A stretch of 64,000 nucleotides of DNA from Planctomycetota bacterium (GTDB lineage Bacteria; Planctomycetota; PLA2; JAEUHO01): assembly GCA_965223505.1 (NCBI GenBank), contig CBDCWP010000041.1:100994-164993 (forward strand), read 5' to 3'. The position numbers and the translations under genes are program-made. Below the pieces are notes generated by a model. That model saw only the letters and a program-made list of their open reading frames with translations. It was not told where the DNA came from and made no database searches. Positions 47,425 to 61,100 of the stretch are shown piece after piece (within the stretch, counting starts at the first letter, position 1; each line of letters opens with the position of its first letter).

Positions 47425-49802
<2,378 letters not shown>

Positions 49803-49806
<4 letters not shown>

Positions 49807-51341
49807 TCGGTTCCCTTCCGCCCCGCATCACCATCCGGCGCGGGGCCGAGTCGTTTCTCGAGCGCGTCGCAGACCGTCTCGATCACGCGAACGCGCGCAA
49901 AGCGCTTGTCGTCGCCTTCGACGAGCGTCCAAGGCGCGATGTTCGTGCTGCAGCGTTCCACCATCTCGTGCACCGCGAGCTCGTAGTCGTGCCAGCGCTC
50001 TCGATTGCGCCAGTCTTCTTCCGTGAGCTTCCACTGCTTGTGAGGCGTCTCCTCGCGGGACTCGAAGCGGCGCGCCTGCTCCTCGGGCGTCACGTGCAAC
50101 CAGAACTTGAGCAGCACGCTTCCGTCCTCGATGAGCTGGTGCTCGAAGTCGTTGATCTCGGCGTAGGCGCGGCGCCACTCGGCTTCGGTCGCGAATCCCT
50201 CCACGCGCTCGACCAACACGCGGCCGTACCAGCTGCGGTCGAAGACGGTCACCCGCCCCGACCGCGGAAGGTGGCGCCAGAACCGCCACAAGTAGTGATG
50301 CGCGAGCTCCTCGTCCGTCGGAGCGGCGATCGAGATGACCTGATAGTCGCGCGCGTCCATCGCAGCCGTGAGCCGGCGGATGGCGCCGCCCTTGCCCGCC
50401 GCATCCCAGCCCTGGAAGACCAATACGGTGGAGATGTTCTGTTCCTTGGCTCGTCGATACAGCAGGTTCAGCCGCGCTTGAAGCTCCTTGAGGCGTCGCT
50501 TGTAGACCCGTTTTTCGAGCGCGAGCGTCATGTCGAGGGTCGAGAGGATTGTCTGGGGCGGCTCGAGCGGCTCCGGCGCCTCGGCCTCGTCCGATGCGGG
50601 GGACGCCTCTTGGAGGTTCGCCTCGAGGACGCTCTCTCGCAGCTTGCGGTGGAGCGCGTCGCGCAACAGCGTGCCGACGCGCAGACTGCGATAGTGGTGA
50701 TCTGCGCCTTCCACGATCTCCCACGGCGCCTCGCCTGTGCTCGTGCGCATCAGCAGCCGCTCGGCCGCCGAAACGAACGCCTCGTACTTGCGCCAGTGCC
50801 GCCAGTCCCGTTTCGTGACCCGCCACGCCTGCAACGGATCCGCCTCGAGCGTCTCGAAGCGCTCCTTTTGCTCCCGCTTTCCGAGGTGCATCCAGAACTT
50901 CAGGATCAAGGCGCCGTCGTCGGCGAGCGTGCGCTCGAACGCGACGATCCGGTCCAGACGGTCGTCGAGCGTCTCGTCGTCGTCTCTCCCGTATACGCGA
51001 TCCAGCAGCGGCGCGGTGTACCAGGCGCTCATGAAGATGCCGATCTGCCCGCGCGGCGGCAGGTCGCGCCAGTAGCGCCAATAGTGCGGGCGCTCTTCCT
51101 CCTCTTCGGACTTGCGCCCGTAGGCGCGCGTCACGATGCCGCGCGGGTCCATCCACGCGCTGAGCAGGTTGGCCGACTCGCCCTTGCCGGCGCCGTCGAC
51201 GCCGCCGAAGAGCAGGATGACGGGAAAGGGCGCGCTCCGCAGCTCCGACTGCAGGTCCAGGAGCTCGCGGCGAAGAACCGGGGCGCGGTGACGAAACTCT
51301 TCCTTGGAGACGCGCTGGCCTAGCTCTGCGGTTTCGAACAT
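49803..51341 (-). CDS. pap: Polyphosphate:AMP phosphotransferase (two-domain PPK2)
   Basis: MFETAELG; two PPK2 domains (GVDGAGKG; GWDAAGKGG, FDRSWYGRVLVERV). Confidence 0.93.
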
Positions 51342-51498
51342 GTCGGGGTCCGGCTCGGGGGAGCCGCGCATTAGGCCAAGATTGGCGGCGCGGCGCGAGT
51401 CCTCCCCGCAACATTCGGGCCGGTTGTATAGGGCGGTCTGCCGTTCGGCCCGCGCCCGCGCGCCGGCGCCAGGGGCCCATTCGTTGCGGGCTACGCGG

Positions 51499-51810
51499 CT
51501 AGCGGGCCCGATTGTCCTGCTGGAGCGGGTGGGCCATGCCGTGGCGGCGAATTGCGTGCGCGACGTCGCTCGAGGAGCCCCCCATCCTCGAGCCCCGGGA
51601 CTGCATCCGCAGCGCGTCCGCGAGGGCGGCCAGCATGTCGAGGGCGGGCACCTCGATCCCCTCGACTGCGTCACAGTCCACAGTCACGTTGCGGCCCCGC
51701 ACCAGCAGGTCGCACACGAGCGCTTGCATTTGGGGGCGGCCGCACACGACGCCCCGCAGATGCAGCACGGATTCGTCGTCCCCCAGCGTGATGGGATAGG
51801 GCAATACCAC
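51499..51810 (-). CDS. Small STAS-like domain protein
   Basis: GGGAG RBS plus GTG; VLHLRG...VTVDCDAVEGIEVPALDML pattern resembles STAS_2. Confidence 0.5.
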   Translation of the reverse strand: MVLPYPITLGDDESVLHLRGVVCGRPQMQALVCDLLVRGRNVTVDCDAVEGIEVPALDMLAALADALRMQSRGSRMGGSSSDVAHAIRRHGMAHPLQQDNRAR

Positions 51811-51887
51811 CGGTCCACTCCCTGACTACCGCCGCGCGCCTTCTCCTGCGCACGACCCGGAACCTAAGCGCCGAACGCGGGCGTCAC

Positions 51888-51908
51888 GGCCCCGAAGGGC
51901 CCTTTTTT
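51888..51908 (+). terminator. Terminator-like hairpin with T6
   Basis: ggccc-cgaa-gggcc-c-tttttt; no evident + strand gene upstream. Confidence 0.45.
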
Positions 51909-52027
51909 CGTGGAGTCTTCACCGATCGGCCAAGGGGCCCGGAATCGCCATTTCGTGGGCTCCGGCGTTGGATCGTGGTGTGCCGGGCAGTAGCCCGTGC
52001 GTCCAACAGGGAGTGAAGGGTCCATGC

Positions 52028-52129
52028 TTACCCAGTTCTGATCTTGGCCGCGAGGGCCGAAGACGAGCGCCCGACGCTCCCGAAGGCGGAGGAAGAAGCG
52101 CCGCCGACGGTGATCTCACCGTTCGCCAT
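52028..52129 (-). CDS. Possible 33-aa Ser/Gly-rich small ORF
   Basis: AGAAGGAG RBS 6 nt before ATG; MANGEITVGGASSSAFGSVGRSSSALAAKIRTG. Confidence 0.35.
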   Translation of the reverse strand: MANGEITVGGASSSAFGSVGRSSSALAAKIRTG

Positions 52130-52249
52130 AGGCGGCTCCTTCTCCAACGGGACAGTCCGGCCCCGGCCCCATGTCAACTGATGCGAATCGGTGGGAGCGG
52201 CGGTAGACGGAAGACGTCGATCTGCATGAACGTACAAGGGCGAAACGGC

Positions 52250-53143
52250 TTACTGCGCGCCGCCGCCCCCGGCGCCCTCCTTGCCGAACTCCGCCACCCA
52301 GCTCTGGTTCTCGAACGCGAGCGCGTCTTCGCACGCGCTCACGAACGCGGCGTCGTCGACGAATCCCTCGATGCCCGCTTCGCGCCGCGCGTGCAGGTCC
52401 TGCAGACGACGCCGGGTGGAGTAGTAGACGATCGCCTGCGCCTCGTACCGCGCGGCGGCGACATGCGACGCAATGGCCGCGCCGACGGTGGTCAGCACGG
52501 CCACCCACATCCCCCAGCTCTTCCCGCCTTCGACGTAGGACGCAAGCACGCCCAGGATCGCCGCGCCGAGCGTGAGCGTGTTCTGCACGCGGCGCCAGAT
52601 GTCGAAGCGCTTCGCGTAGCTCAGCGCCCGGCCCTTGTACCAGTTCATCTGGTCCAGGACGCGCTCCTGGTAGTAGCCGTCGACGTCGAGCGGCGCGGCG
52701 GGCATCGGTTCGTTCGTCGGTTTCGCGCCCGCGGCCTCGATGCCGAGATCGTCCACGCGGCTGACGATCTCCTCCTTGCGCGCGAAGAGCGCCTTGTCGC
52801 GATCGTCGCCGTCATACGGTGCGACGCCGGTGACGTAACGATACGTGTCGCTCTTGAGCCGCTCGGCCGCGGCGCGCGCGCGGGTCCAGTCCTGCACGCG
52901 CTCCTTGGAGAGCTTCTTGGACTGGATCCACGGCGTGATGACCAGCAGTAGGGCACCCGCGATCGCGATGACCTGCCGCCACTCCGTATCGGGCACCACG
53001 ACGGCCGCGGTTTCGCACACCGCGCCGGCGGAGACGAAGATCAGCACCCAGGCCCGCGAGCGGACGATGCTCTTCTTCAGGTCGCCGGCGACGGAGTTCC
53101 AGACGCGGTAGTCTTCCCAGAACGACTCGATCGGGGTCGTCAT
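52250..53143 (-). CDS. DUF4231 / tandem SLATT-domain membrane protein
   Basis: Two TM hairpins; WTRARAAAERLKS.TYRY, YYQERV.DQMNWY, FVSACEDAL..EN..W. Confidence 0.85.
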   Translation of the reverse strand: MTTPIESFWEDYRVWNSVAGDLKKSIVRSRAWVLIFVSAGAVCETAAVVVPDTEWRQVIAIAGALLLVITPWIQSKKLSKERVQDWTRARAAAERLKSDTYRYVTGVAPYDGDDRDKALFARKEEIVSRVDDLGIEAAGAKPTNEPMPAAPLDVDGYYQERVLDQMNWYKGRALSYAKRFDIWRRVQNTLTLGAAILGVLASYVEGGKSWGMWVAVLTTVGAAIASHVAAARYEAQAIVYYSTRRRLQDLHARREAGIEGFVDDAAFVSACEDALAFENQSWVAEFGKEGAGGGGAQ

Positions 53144-53916
53144 CGACGGCGACCCGAACCGGTGCGAACCTCCATGTTCATGCCGTCTCCCCCGCCAAGG
53201 CCGAAGATGCCGGCTTCCTCGACGATGAACTCGTCCTTGAGGCGCTTGGCGTTGTCCTCGCCGATGGCGTCCACGATCGCCTTCTCGCGGTCGGACCGCA
53301 GCTGCCCCAGCTCCGCCGCCTTTGGAATGATGCGCGGGACGTAGGCGATGAGCTCGAGCATCTTCATCGGGTCCTTGCGCGCGGCTTTGAACTTCGTGCG
53401 GATCTCCTCGGCTTCGTCGTCGTCTTCGGCAATGATCTCGATCGCCTTGTCCTCGTACTCCTCGTACGTGCGAAGAAGCGCCGTCTCTTCGGCCGTCGAC
53501 AGTCCCAGCTCCATCGCCGCGTCCGCGAGCTTGACGCGCTTCTTGGGCTTGCTCGCCGGCGCCTCGATGAGCTCGCTCACGGCCCCGCCGGACTCGGAGA
53601 GCTCCGTCAGCGTCTCCTTCATCGAGGCGCGCATGCGCTCATCGAGCTTTTCGACCAACGCATCGACGGTCATGCTGCCCATGACCGGCGCGTCGCCCAT
53701 CTCGGCGGCGGGGCGCGCACCGCTGAGCCCCGCCCTCTCGGAACGCAGCTCGTCGAGCTTGGACTCGATGCGCGCGAGTCGTTCCTCGTCCACGGACGCA
53801 GCACCGCCGCTCTCGCCGATCGCGTCTCCCGTCGGCGCCATCAGCTTGTTCGTCATGTAGCTGCCCGTCGCACCGGCCACCAGCCCGATGACGAGGGCCA
53901 ACATCGTCTTGTCCAT
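53140..53916 (-). CDS. Hypothetical membrane-anchored helical protein
   Basis: GGAGGTG RBS; N-terminal hydrophobic anchor; coiled coils; ATGA overlap with SLATT gene. Confidence 0.75.
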   Translation of the reverse strand: MDKTMLALVIGLVAGATGSYMTNKLMAPTGDAIGESGGAASVDEERLARIESKLDELRSERAGLSGARPAAEMGDAPVMGSMTVDALVEKLDERMRASMKETLTELSESGGAVSELIEAPASKPKKRVKLADAAMELGLSTAEETALLRTYEEYEDKAIEIIAEDDDEAEEIRTKFKAARKDPMKMLELIAYVPRIIPKAAELGQLRSDREKAIVDAIGEDNAKRLKDEFIVEEAGIFGLGGGDGMNMEVRTGSGRRR

Positions 53917-53970
53917 CGGTCTCACCTCCATCGGCCGGGGCCTCCCAAGGTACGGGCAGTGCGGGCCCTG

Positions 53971-54636
53971 CTAAAGCCGCCAGTCGATTGCGCGCTCGCC
54001 CAGCAGTGTGTTCGCCTTGCTGAAGTGCCCGCAGCCCCGGAAGAAGCGGATGGAGAGCGGCGACGGGTGCCCCGCTTCCAGCACGTGATGGGGCGCCGGA
54101 ACGGCCTTCGCGAACCTGCGCGCCTCGCCCCCCCACAGCAGGAACACGATCGGCGCCTCGCGGGCCGTCAGCACATTCACGGCGGCGCGCGTGATCGTCT
54201 CCCATCCCCGCCGCCGGTGGGAGCCCGCCGCGCCGGCCCTCACCGTGAGCACGGTGTTGAGCAGGAACACGCCCTGCGTGGCCCAGGGGGCGAGGTCGCC
54301 GCGGTCGGTCGGCATGACGTGCCCGAGGTCGCGTTCGACCTCCGCGAAGATGTTGCGAAGCGAGCGTGGCAGGGCGCCGTCGCCTTGATAGGAGAACGCG
54401 AGCCCATGGGCGTGTCCGGGGGTCGGATACGGATCCTGCCCCAGGATCACGACGCGCACCTCGGCGGGCGCGACAGCGTTGAACGCGGCGAAGACCTGCT
54501 CCGGCGGCGGCAGGACTTCGTGCTGTGCACGCTCCTCGGCCAGGAAGTCACCCAGCGCGCGGGCATCGTCTCCCTCGATCACCTCGGCGAGGGCGCTGCG
54601 CCACATCGTCGAGCGGAGCGCGTCGAAGAGCACCAT
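53971..54636 (-). CDS. ung: Uracil-DNA glycosylase (family 1)
   Basis: GQDPY, GLAFS, SLRNI, GVFLLN, HPSPLS. Confidence 0.95.
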   Translation of the reverse strand: MVLFDALRSTMWRSALAEVIEGDDARALGDFLAEERAQHEVLPPPEQVFAAFNAVAPAEVRVVILGQDPYPTPGHAHGLAFSYQGDGALPRSLRNIFAEVERDLGHVMPTDRGDLAPWATQGVFLLNTVLTVRAGAAGSHRRRGWETITRAAVNVLTAREAPIVFLLWGGEARRFAKAVPAPHHVLEAGHPSPLSIRFFRGCGHFSKANTLLGERAIDWRL

Positions 54637-54945
54637 CTACTTGCCCGGCCGTCTCGAGCGTTCCTTCTCCTCCTGCAACGCACGGTTTCGCGCTTCAGCG
54701 GCCTCGAGGCGCGCCTCGGCCGCCTCTTGTTCGCGCCGCGCGCGCTGGAGGTCGGCCTGGATCTCCCGCAGGCCCTTCGGGACCGGCACTTCGACCGGCG
54801 TCTCGGTCCGGCCGGAGTCAGGCAGGCCAGTTCCGTCCCGCGCCTTGCTGCTCGTATGCAGCTGGACGAACCCCAACGCCGTGACGAGCACCAACGCAAC
54901 CCAGGCCATGACGCGAGTCGCTGCCGTCCGCGCGTTTCCGGACAT
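54637..54945 (-). CDS. Small TM plus coiled-coil hypothetical protein
   Basis: GGAGG RBS; one TM; abuts ung start. Confidence 0.6.
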   Translation of the reverse strand: MSGNARTAATRVMAWVALVLVTALGFVQLHTSSKARDGTGLPDSGRTETPVEVPVPKGLREIQADLQRARREQEAAEARLEAAEARNRALQEEKERSRRPGK

Positions 54946-55000
54946 CGTGGCCTCCGTCTCTTCGTGCGGCGGTCAGTGTACTGCTACCTTGCCCGCCGCC

Positions 55001-56416
55001 ATGGACGCCGCCGCCCCCCTCCCCGCGCTCGTCGACTCCCACTGCCACCTGACGTGGGACAGCTTCGAGCCCGACTTCGACGACGTCGTCGCACGCATGT
55101 CCGAGGCCGGTGTCGACCAGGCGATCGTCGTGGCGACGTCGGTGGCGGACGCGAAGCGCTGCCTCGACGTCTGCAAGGACCAGCCGGGCCTGTATCCGTC
55201 CGCCGGGATCCACCCCAACGACGTGCCGCAAGACGCCGAGGCGGCGCTAGACGACCTCGACGACCTGGTCCGATCCGGCGGCTTCGTCGCCGTCGGCGAG
55301 TCGGGGCTCGACTACTACCGCGACTCGACCGACGTCGCCCGCCAGAAGCTCTCGTTCCGGCGGCAAGCGGCGCTCGCGCGCGAGAACGACCTGCCGATCA
55401 TCGTGCACATTCGCGACAAAGAAGGCTCCTGGGACGCGTTCGACGACGTCGGGGACATCATCGAAGAGTTCCCGGGCCTGCGCGGCGTGATCCACTGCTA
55501 CACGGGCGACCCGGCGCACGCCGAGCGCTATCTCGCGGCGGGCTTCGTGATCTCCTTCTCCGGCATTCTCACGTTTCCCAAGGGCGACAACGTGCGCGAG
55601 TCGGCGCTGGCCGTTCCCATCGAGCACACGCTGGTGGAGACGGACGCGCCCTTCCTCGCTCCGGTGCCGAACCGCGGCAAGCGCAACGAGCCGGGATTCG
55701 TGGCGCACACGGCGAAGGCGTTGGCGGAGCTCAAGGGCCTCTCCGAAGCGGACGTGCGCCGGATCACCTCGCAGAACGCGCGCCGGCTGTTCCGCCTGCC
55801 CGCGGAAGAGACACCCGGCCCCGCCACGTACACGATTCGCAACTCGATCTACGTGAACGTCACGAACGCGTGCGACGCGAAGTGCACCTTCTGCCCGCGC
55901 ACGCACGACAACTTCGAGGTGAAGGGCTACGACCTGCGGCGTCCGAAGGACCCGAGCGAAGCCGACATCATCGAAGCCGTCGGCGACCCGACGGCGTACG
56001 ACGAGGTCGTGTTCTGCGGATTCGGCGAACCCACCCTGCGCCTGGAGACCGTCAAGGCGGTCGCGCGATACGTGAAAGCGAACGGGGGCCGCACACGCCT
56101 GAACACGAACGGGCACGCCGACCTGATTCACAAGCGCGAAACGGCGCCGGAGATGGTGGGGTTGATCGACGTGATCTCCGTCAGCCTGAATGCGCAGGAC
56201 CGGGAGACGTTCGAGCGACACTGTCCGTCCGCGTTCTCACCCGACGGATTCACGCCGATGCTCGACTACATCAGGTCGACCCGAGACGCGGGCATCGAGG
56301 TGGTCTGCACGGCCGTCGAGGGCCTGGAAGGTGTGGACATGGAGGCTTGCCGCCGCCTCGCCGAAGACGAGCTGAAGGTCGCATGGCGGGGTCGGTCGCT
56401 CGACGAGGTCGGATGA
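55001..56416 (+). CDS. TatD family nuclease fused to TatD-associated radical SAM domain
   Basis: DSHCH, GIHP, GESGLD, VH.R, HCY, ETDAPFL; then YVNVTNACDAKCTFC (CxxxCxxC), FCGFGEP, NTNG. Confidence 0.93.
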   Translation: MDAAAPLPALVDSHCHLTWDSFEPDFDDVVARMSEAGVDQAIVVATSVADAKRCLDVCKDQPGLYPSAGIHPNDVPQDAEAALDDLDDLVRSGGFVAVGESGLDYYRDSTDVARQKLSFRRQAALARENDLPIIVHIRDKEGSWDAFDDVGDIIEEFPGLRGVIHCYTGDPAHAERYLAAGFVISFSGILTFPKGDNVRESALAVPIEHTLVETDAPFLAPVPNRGKRNEPGFVAHTAKALAELKGLSEADVRRITSQNARRLFRLPAEETPGPATYTIRNSIYVNVTNACDAKCTFCPRTHDNFEVKGYDLRRPKDPSEADIIEAVGDPTAYDEVVFCGFGEPTLRLETVKAVARYVKANGGRTRLNTNGHADLIHKRETAPEMVGLIDVISVSLNAQDRETFERHCPSAFSPDGFTPMLDYIRSTRDAGIEVVCTAVEGLEGVDMEACRRLAEDELKVAWRGRSLDEVG

Positions 56417-56532
56417 CGACCGCATGACCGTCACGCCACCCGAGACCGGGCGCGCGGGCGGCAGCGCGCAATGCGGGGGCCCTCCCCGCCGTCTCACCCG
56501 GTACCATTTGCGGCGCAACGAAGGAGGACCAG

Positions 56533-57531
<999 letters not shown>

Positions 57532-57698
57532 CGACGACGCAGGCCGTCGACCGGAAACCGTTTTTTCAGCGTGATTTGCGGATCCTCACGAGTTCCCCGA
57601 TCGGTCGCGGTCCGGAGTTGAACCCCTCTCGCGCTGAGCCTAGGATCTACGGCCCGCCCGGGCCCTCAAGTACCCACTACCCGGGGGGCGGAGACAAC

Positions 57699-58475
57699 AT
57701 GAAGCTCGAGAAGCACCGGTATGACGACATCGTGATCCTGAAGTTCACGGGGGAGTTCGACACGTTCAACCTCCCTGGCTTCAGTGAGCGCATCGACCGC
57801 ATGATCTCGCAGGGTGACAACCTCCTGATCCTCGACCTGAAGCTGCTGAAGTTCATCAACTCGGCCGCTTTGGGATACATCATCAAGACCTCGAAGAGCG
57901 TCGCCGACAGCGGCGGCGAGCTGGTCTTGGCGCGTCCCAGCAAGTTCATCAAGAAGACGCTCGGCACACTGGGACTCGAGGAGATCTTCAGGGTCTACGA
58001 GACGGTCGAAGACGCGATCACGCACTTCAAGAAGGGCGAGGACGTCGGCGAGATCAAGCTGGAGGGCGGCGAGTACGACGAGTCGCTGACCGGCTCCGTA
58101 CCGATCCTCTTCCGTCCCGCCGTGGACGGCGGAGACGCCCCGCCGAACCAGGTCGGACGCATCGTGACGCTGTACGAGGACGGCCTGCTCTTCCGCTTCG
58201 AGGCGGGCGGGGACGGCAGCCCCGCGAGCGAGTACCTCAAGGACGGCACCAACCTCAAGCTGAAGTTCCGGCAACCGTTCGCGGTCAAGGACTACTACTT
58301 CGAGATGGGCGCCACGATCGACCAGGTGAGCGAGATGTTCGGAGAGGAGTCCGAAGAGGGCGTCGTCACGGTGAAGGTCCGCTACCAGGACATCAAGGAC
58401 GAAGACCGCAAGCACCTCGAGCAATTCGTTCGCGACCAGGAGTCGTGGAAGGCCGAGCTGCAGTCGGACGGCTAG
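57699..58475 (+). CDS. Anti-sigma factor antagonist (STAS) with C-terminal PilZ-like extension
   Basis: GEFD, LDLK.LKFINSAALG; beta-rich C-terminus ending VRYQDIKDEDRKHLEQFV. Confidence 0.8.
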   Translation: MKLEKHRYDDIVILKFTGEFDTFNLPGFSERIDRMISQGDNLLILDLKLLKFINSAALGYIIKTSKSVADSGGELVLARPSKFIKKTLGTLGLEEIFRVYETVEDAITHFKKGEDVGEIKLEGGEYDESLTGSVPILFRPAVDGGDAPPNQVGRIVTLYEDGLLFRFEAGGDGSPASEYLKDGTNLKLKFRQPFAVKDYYFEMGATIDQVSEMFGEESEEGVVTVKVRYQDIKDEDRKHLEQFVRDQESWKAELQSDG

Positions 58476-58510
58476 GGTCTGCGGCGGGCGATCCTCTCGC
58501 CGGACGCTGC

Positions 58511-59569
58511 CTAGAGCGCCGCGCGCACCTCGTCGTCGGTCACGTCGTCGACGATCGTGAGTTCCCGTGCGGCGGGCAGGACGAACGTATGCGTCGCGCC
58601 GGATCGGCGCTTCTTGTCCGTCTGCATCGACGCGAGCACCGCGTCCGGATCGACCCCGTCGGGCAGCGCGACGGGTAGCTGTAGCCGGCGCAAGTCCACC
58701 GTCTGACGCTCGACCGCGTCGTCGCCGATCAGGTTTCGCGCGCGAGAGAGTCGTGCCGCCGCCTGCATGCCGATGGCGACGGCTTCGCCGTGGCGGACCG
58801 CCTCGTTGCCGAACAGCCGCTCGAGCGCGTGACCGACCGTGTGACCGTAGTTGAGCAGGCGGCGCTCGCCCTCGTCGCGCTCGTCCCGCTCCACGATGCG
58901 CGCTTTGACGGCGACCGCGCGGCCGATCGCCTCGATCCAGGCGCGCGTCTCGCGCGGCGCGCCCCCACCGAGCGTTTCCAACAGCACCGTGTCGCCGACG
59001 CAGGCGCACTTGTAGAGCTCGGCGAGCCCGGAGACGCGATCGCGCTCGTCGAGGGTCTCGAGATACGCCACATCGGCGAGCACGTGGCGCGGCGGATGGA
59101 ACGTACCCAGCAGGTTCTTCCCCCGCGGGTGATTGACGGCGACCTTTCCGCCGACCGCGGCGTCCGCCATCCCGATCAGCGTGGTGGGGACGGCGAGCCA
59201 CGTCAGCCCCCGACGCAACGTGGCGGCGGCGAAGCCTCCGACATCCAGCGTCGCGCCGCCGCCGACGACGACGACGGGCTCGTCGCGCCGAAGGTCGATC
59301 AGCGCGTCCTGGACCGCCCCCAGCACCTGCCGGTCCTTGGCCTTCTCGCCCCGGGGCACGGTGCAGGCCACCGGCTCGAAGTCCTCGCCCGTGTCGACGA
59401 GCGGCCACAGCGTCTGGACGTGCTCGTCGATGACGATGCCGCAGCGCTGCGCGCGGGGCGCGAGCGCTCGCAGGGTCGACCACAGCCGCTCGCGCACGCC
59501 GTGGCCGATCTCGATGTCGGTCGGGCGTCCGGAGAGCTCGACGCGCTCGTGTCGTTCCGGCGACGACAT
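58511..59569 (-). CDS. aroB: 3-dehydroquinate synthase
   Basis: GEKAK, GGGATLDVGGF, PTTL..ADAAVGGK, KNLLGTFH.P, LNYGHT.GH, HGEAV. Confidence 0.93.
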   Translation of the reverse strand: MSSPERHERVELSGRPTDIEIGHGVRERLWSTLRALAPRAQRCGIVIDEHVQTLWPLVDTGEDFEPVACTVPRGEKAKDRQVLGAVQDALIDLRRDEPVVVVGGGATLDVGGFAAATLRRGLTWLAVPTTLIGMADAAVGGKVAVNHPRGKNLLGTFHPPRHVLADVAYLETLDERDRVSGLAELYKCACVGDTVLLETLGGGAPRETRAWIEAIGRAVAVKARIVERDERDEGERRLLNYGHTVGHALERLFGNEAVRHGEAVAIGMQAAARLSRARNLIGDDAVERQTVDLRRLQLPVALPDGVDPDAVLASMQTDKKRRSGATHTFVLPAARELTIVDDVTDDEVRAAL

Positions 59570-59573
59570 CGGA

Positions 59574-61100
59574 TCAGTCGCCGTCGCCGGCGCTCGCGCC
59601 CTCCGCGCCCTCCGCGCCCTTCGTCGCCTCGACGGCACGCATGCGCTTGCGCAGACGAATGCGGTGCTCCTCCATCCGCTTGGCCTGCTTGCGCTCGCCG
59701 CGGATCAGCACGACGTAGAACAGGATGCCCATCACGATCAGAACGATTGCGATACCCCAGATCAGCTCGCCCTGGCCCACGGCTTCGAGCGTGGGCACGC
59801 GCTCGACGTGAACGACGATGAACATCGGCACCGTCAACGGCTGGTTGCCGGTCCCGGCCTCGTTCGTCTGCCGCCTCAGGTAGGTGTGGTTCTTGAGGAA
59901 GAACCCGTACATGTTCACGTGTTCGGTCTTCTCGCCCTTGATGTCGGTGAACGTATCGAGCGGGAAGGGCGAGATGTTGCGGATGACGACGTTGCCGTAG
60001 TGATCGCTCATCATGAGCAACTGGAAGAGCTCGTCGACACCGAAGCGGTTCGCCGGAATGCTGTTCCACTCCTCGTACGTGACGTCGGCGATCAAACCGG
60101 ACATCCGGAACAGCCGGCCGCGGGCCCCTTCGGTGAAGGGCCGCTTCTGCGTCGACTTGGCGCGCACCTCCTTCTCCCAGGTGGAAAAGGTGTCCTGGTC
60201 CCACTCCGACCACGAGAGCCGGCCGGACTCGATCATGTCCTGGATCCCGTCGTGGCCGGTCGCGCGCGCCCATTGGATGACCTGGTACAGCGCCGCCTCG
60301 TCCCACTTCTGGGTCTGGTTGAGGTAGCGGTCCTTGATGTTGCCCCAATCGGCGTCGGACGGATCGGCAATGGGCGCGACCCGCTCGTCGATGTCGAGCA
60401 CGCGGCGAAAGGCGGTCGCGTAGAGCACGGGCGTCGGATCGCGGAACGCGGTCTTGCCGATGGTGCCGACGCGCCGTTGCAGATAGATGCCGCGCATGAT
60501 GACGCGCTGGCCTTCTTCGATACGCCGGCGCGCGCCGCCGCCGATCCATTCGTCGCGCGGCGCCCCCTCGTTGAGATCCGACGCGAAGGCGGGGTACACA
60601 CCGACGATGACGGGCCCTTCCCCCTCCCCGTCCGGGTCGCTCTGGACCATGACGGACCACAGCCGCTGCGTGCCGCCCTCGCCCCAGATCTCGCGGGTGA
60701 GGTCCGTCACGATGCCTTCCACCTCGAACACCTTGCCGAGCGCGTCCGCCGGGTTCGCCGCGATGAGTCCGGCCGGATCGACACGGACCGCACCGACGCC
60801 GGAGACGGCCTCTTTCAGCTCGACGCGCAGCGCGTCGATGGCGGGCTGCGAGAACTGGTTGATCTCCCTGTCTGCGCCGTGGTCCCGCAGGCGCTGACCG
60901 AAGTCGATCGGATCGCCGAGCGACGAGAGGATGGCGTACTCGCCGTCCTCGGCCTGCTCGATCGGCGTGGTGTCTTCGCACGTCTGCATGAAGAAGACGG
61001 CGGAGCCGAGAACCAGTACGAGAGCGATGAAGAGCGAGACCCGCATCAGGTCCTGCGGCCCGAACCCTTCACGGTGTTCCTTCTTGAGGTCTTCGAGCAT
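59574..61100 (-). CDS. Hypothetical protein with N- and C-terminal TM helices and a periplasmic region
   Basis: Two TM anchors; two similar GKVFEVEG / GRLFRMSG beta-rich units. Confidence 0.75.
   Translation of the reverse strand: MLEDLKKEHREGFGPQDLMRVSLFIALVLVLGSAVFFMQTCEDTTPIEQAEDGEYAILSSLGDPIDFGQRLRDHGADREINQFSQPAIDALRVELKEAVSGVGAVRVDPAGLIAANPADALGKVFEVEGIVTDLTREIWGEGGTQRLWSVMVQSDPDGEGEGPVIVGVYPAFASDLNEGAPRDEWIGGGARRRIEEGQRVIMRGIYLQRRVGTIGKTAFRDPTPVLYATAFRRVLDIDERVAPIADPSDADWGNIKDRYLNQTQKWDEAALYQVIQWARATGHDGIQDMIESGRLSWSEWDQDTFSTWEKEVRAKSTQKRPFTEGARGRLFRMSGLIADVTYEEWNSIPANRFGVDELFQLLMMSDHYGNVVIRNISPFPLDTFTDIKGEKTEHVNMYGFFLKNHTYLRRQTNEAGTGNQPLTVPMFIVVHVERVPTLEAVGQGELIWGIAIVLIVMGILFYVVLIRGERKQAKRMEEHRIRLRKRMRAVEATKGAEGAEGASAGDGD

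Noticed and set aside
52024..52113. + strand MLTQF[TGA]SWPR... as another Sec ORF
   Set aside because: No Cys/Sec motif or convincing SECIS; downstream translation is low-complexity Arg-rich
59595..59620. 9-bp tandem repeat
   Set aside because: Encodes a low-complexity (GAE)n C-terminal tail; no special significance
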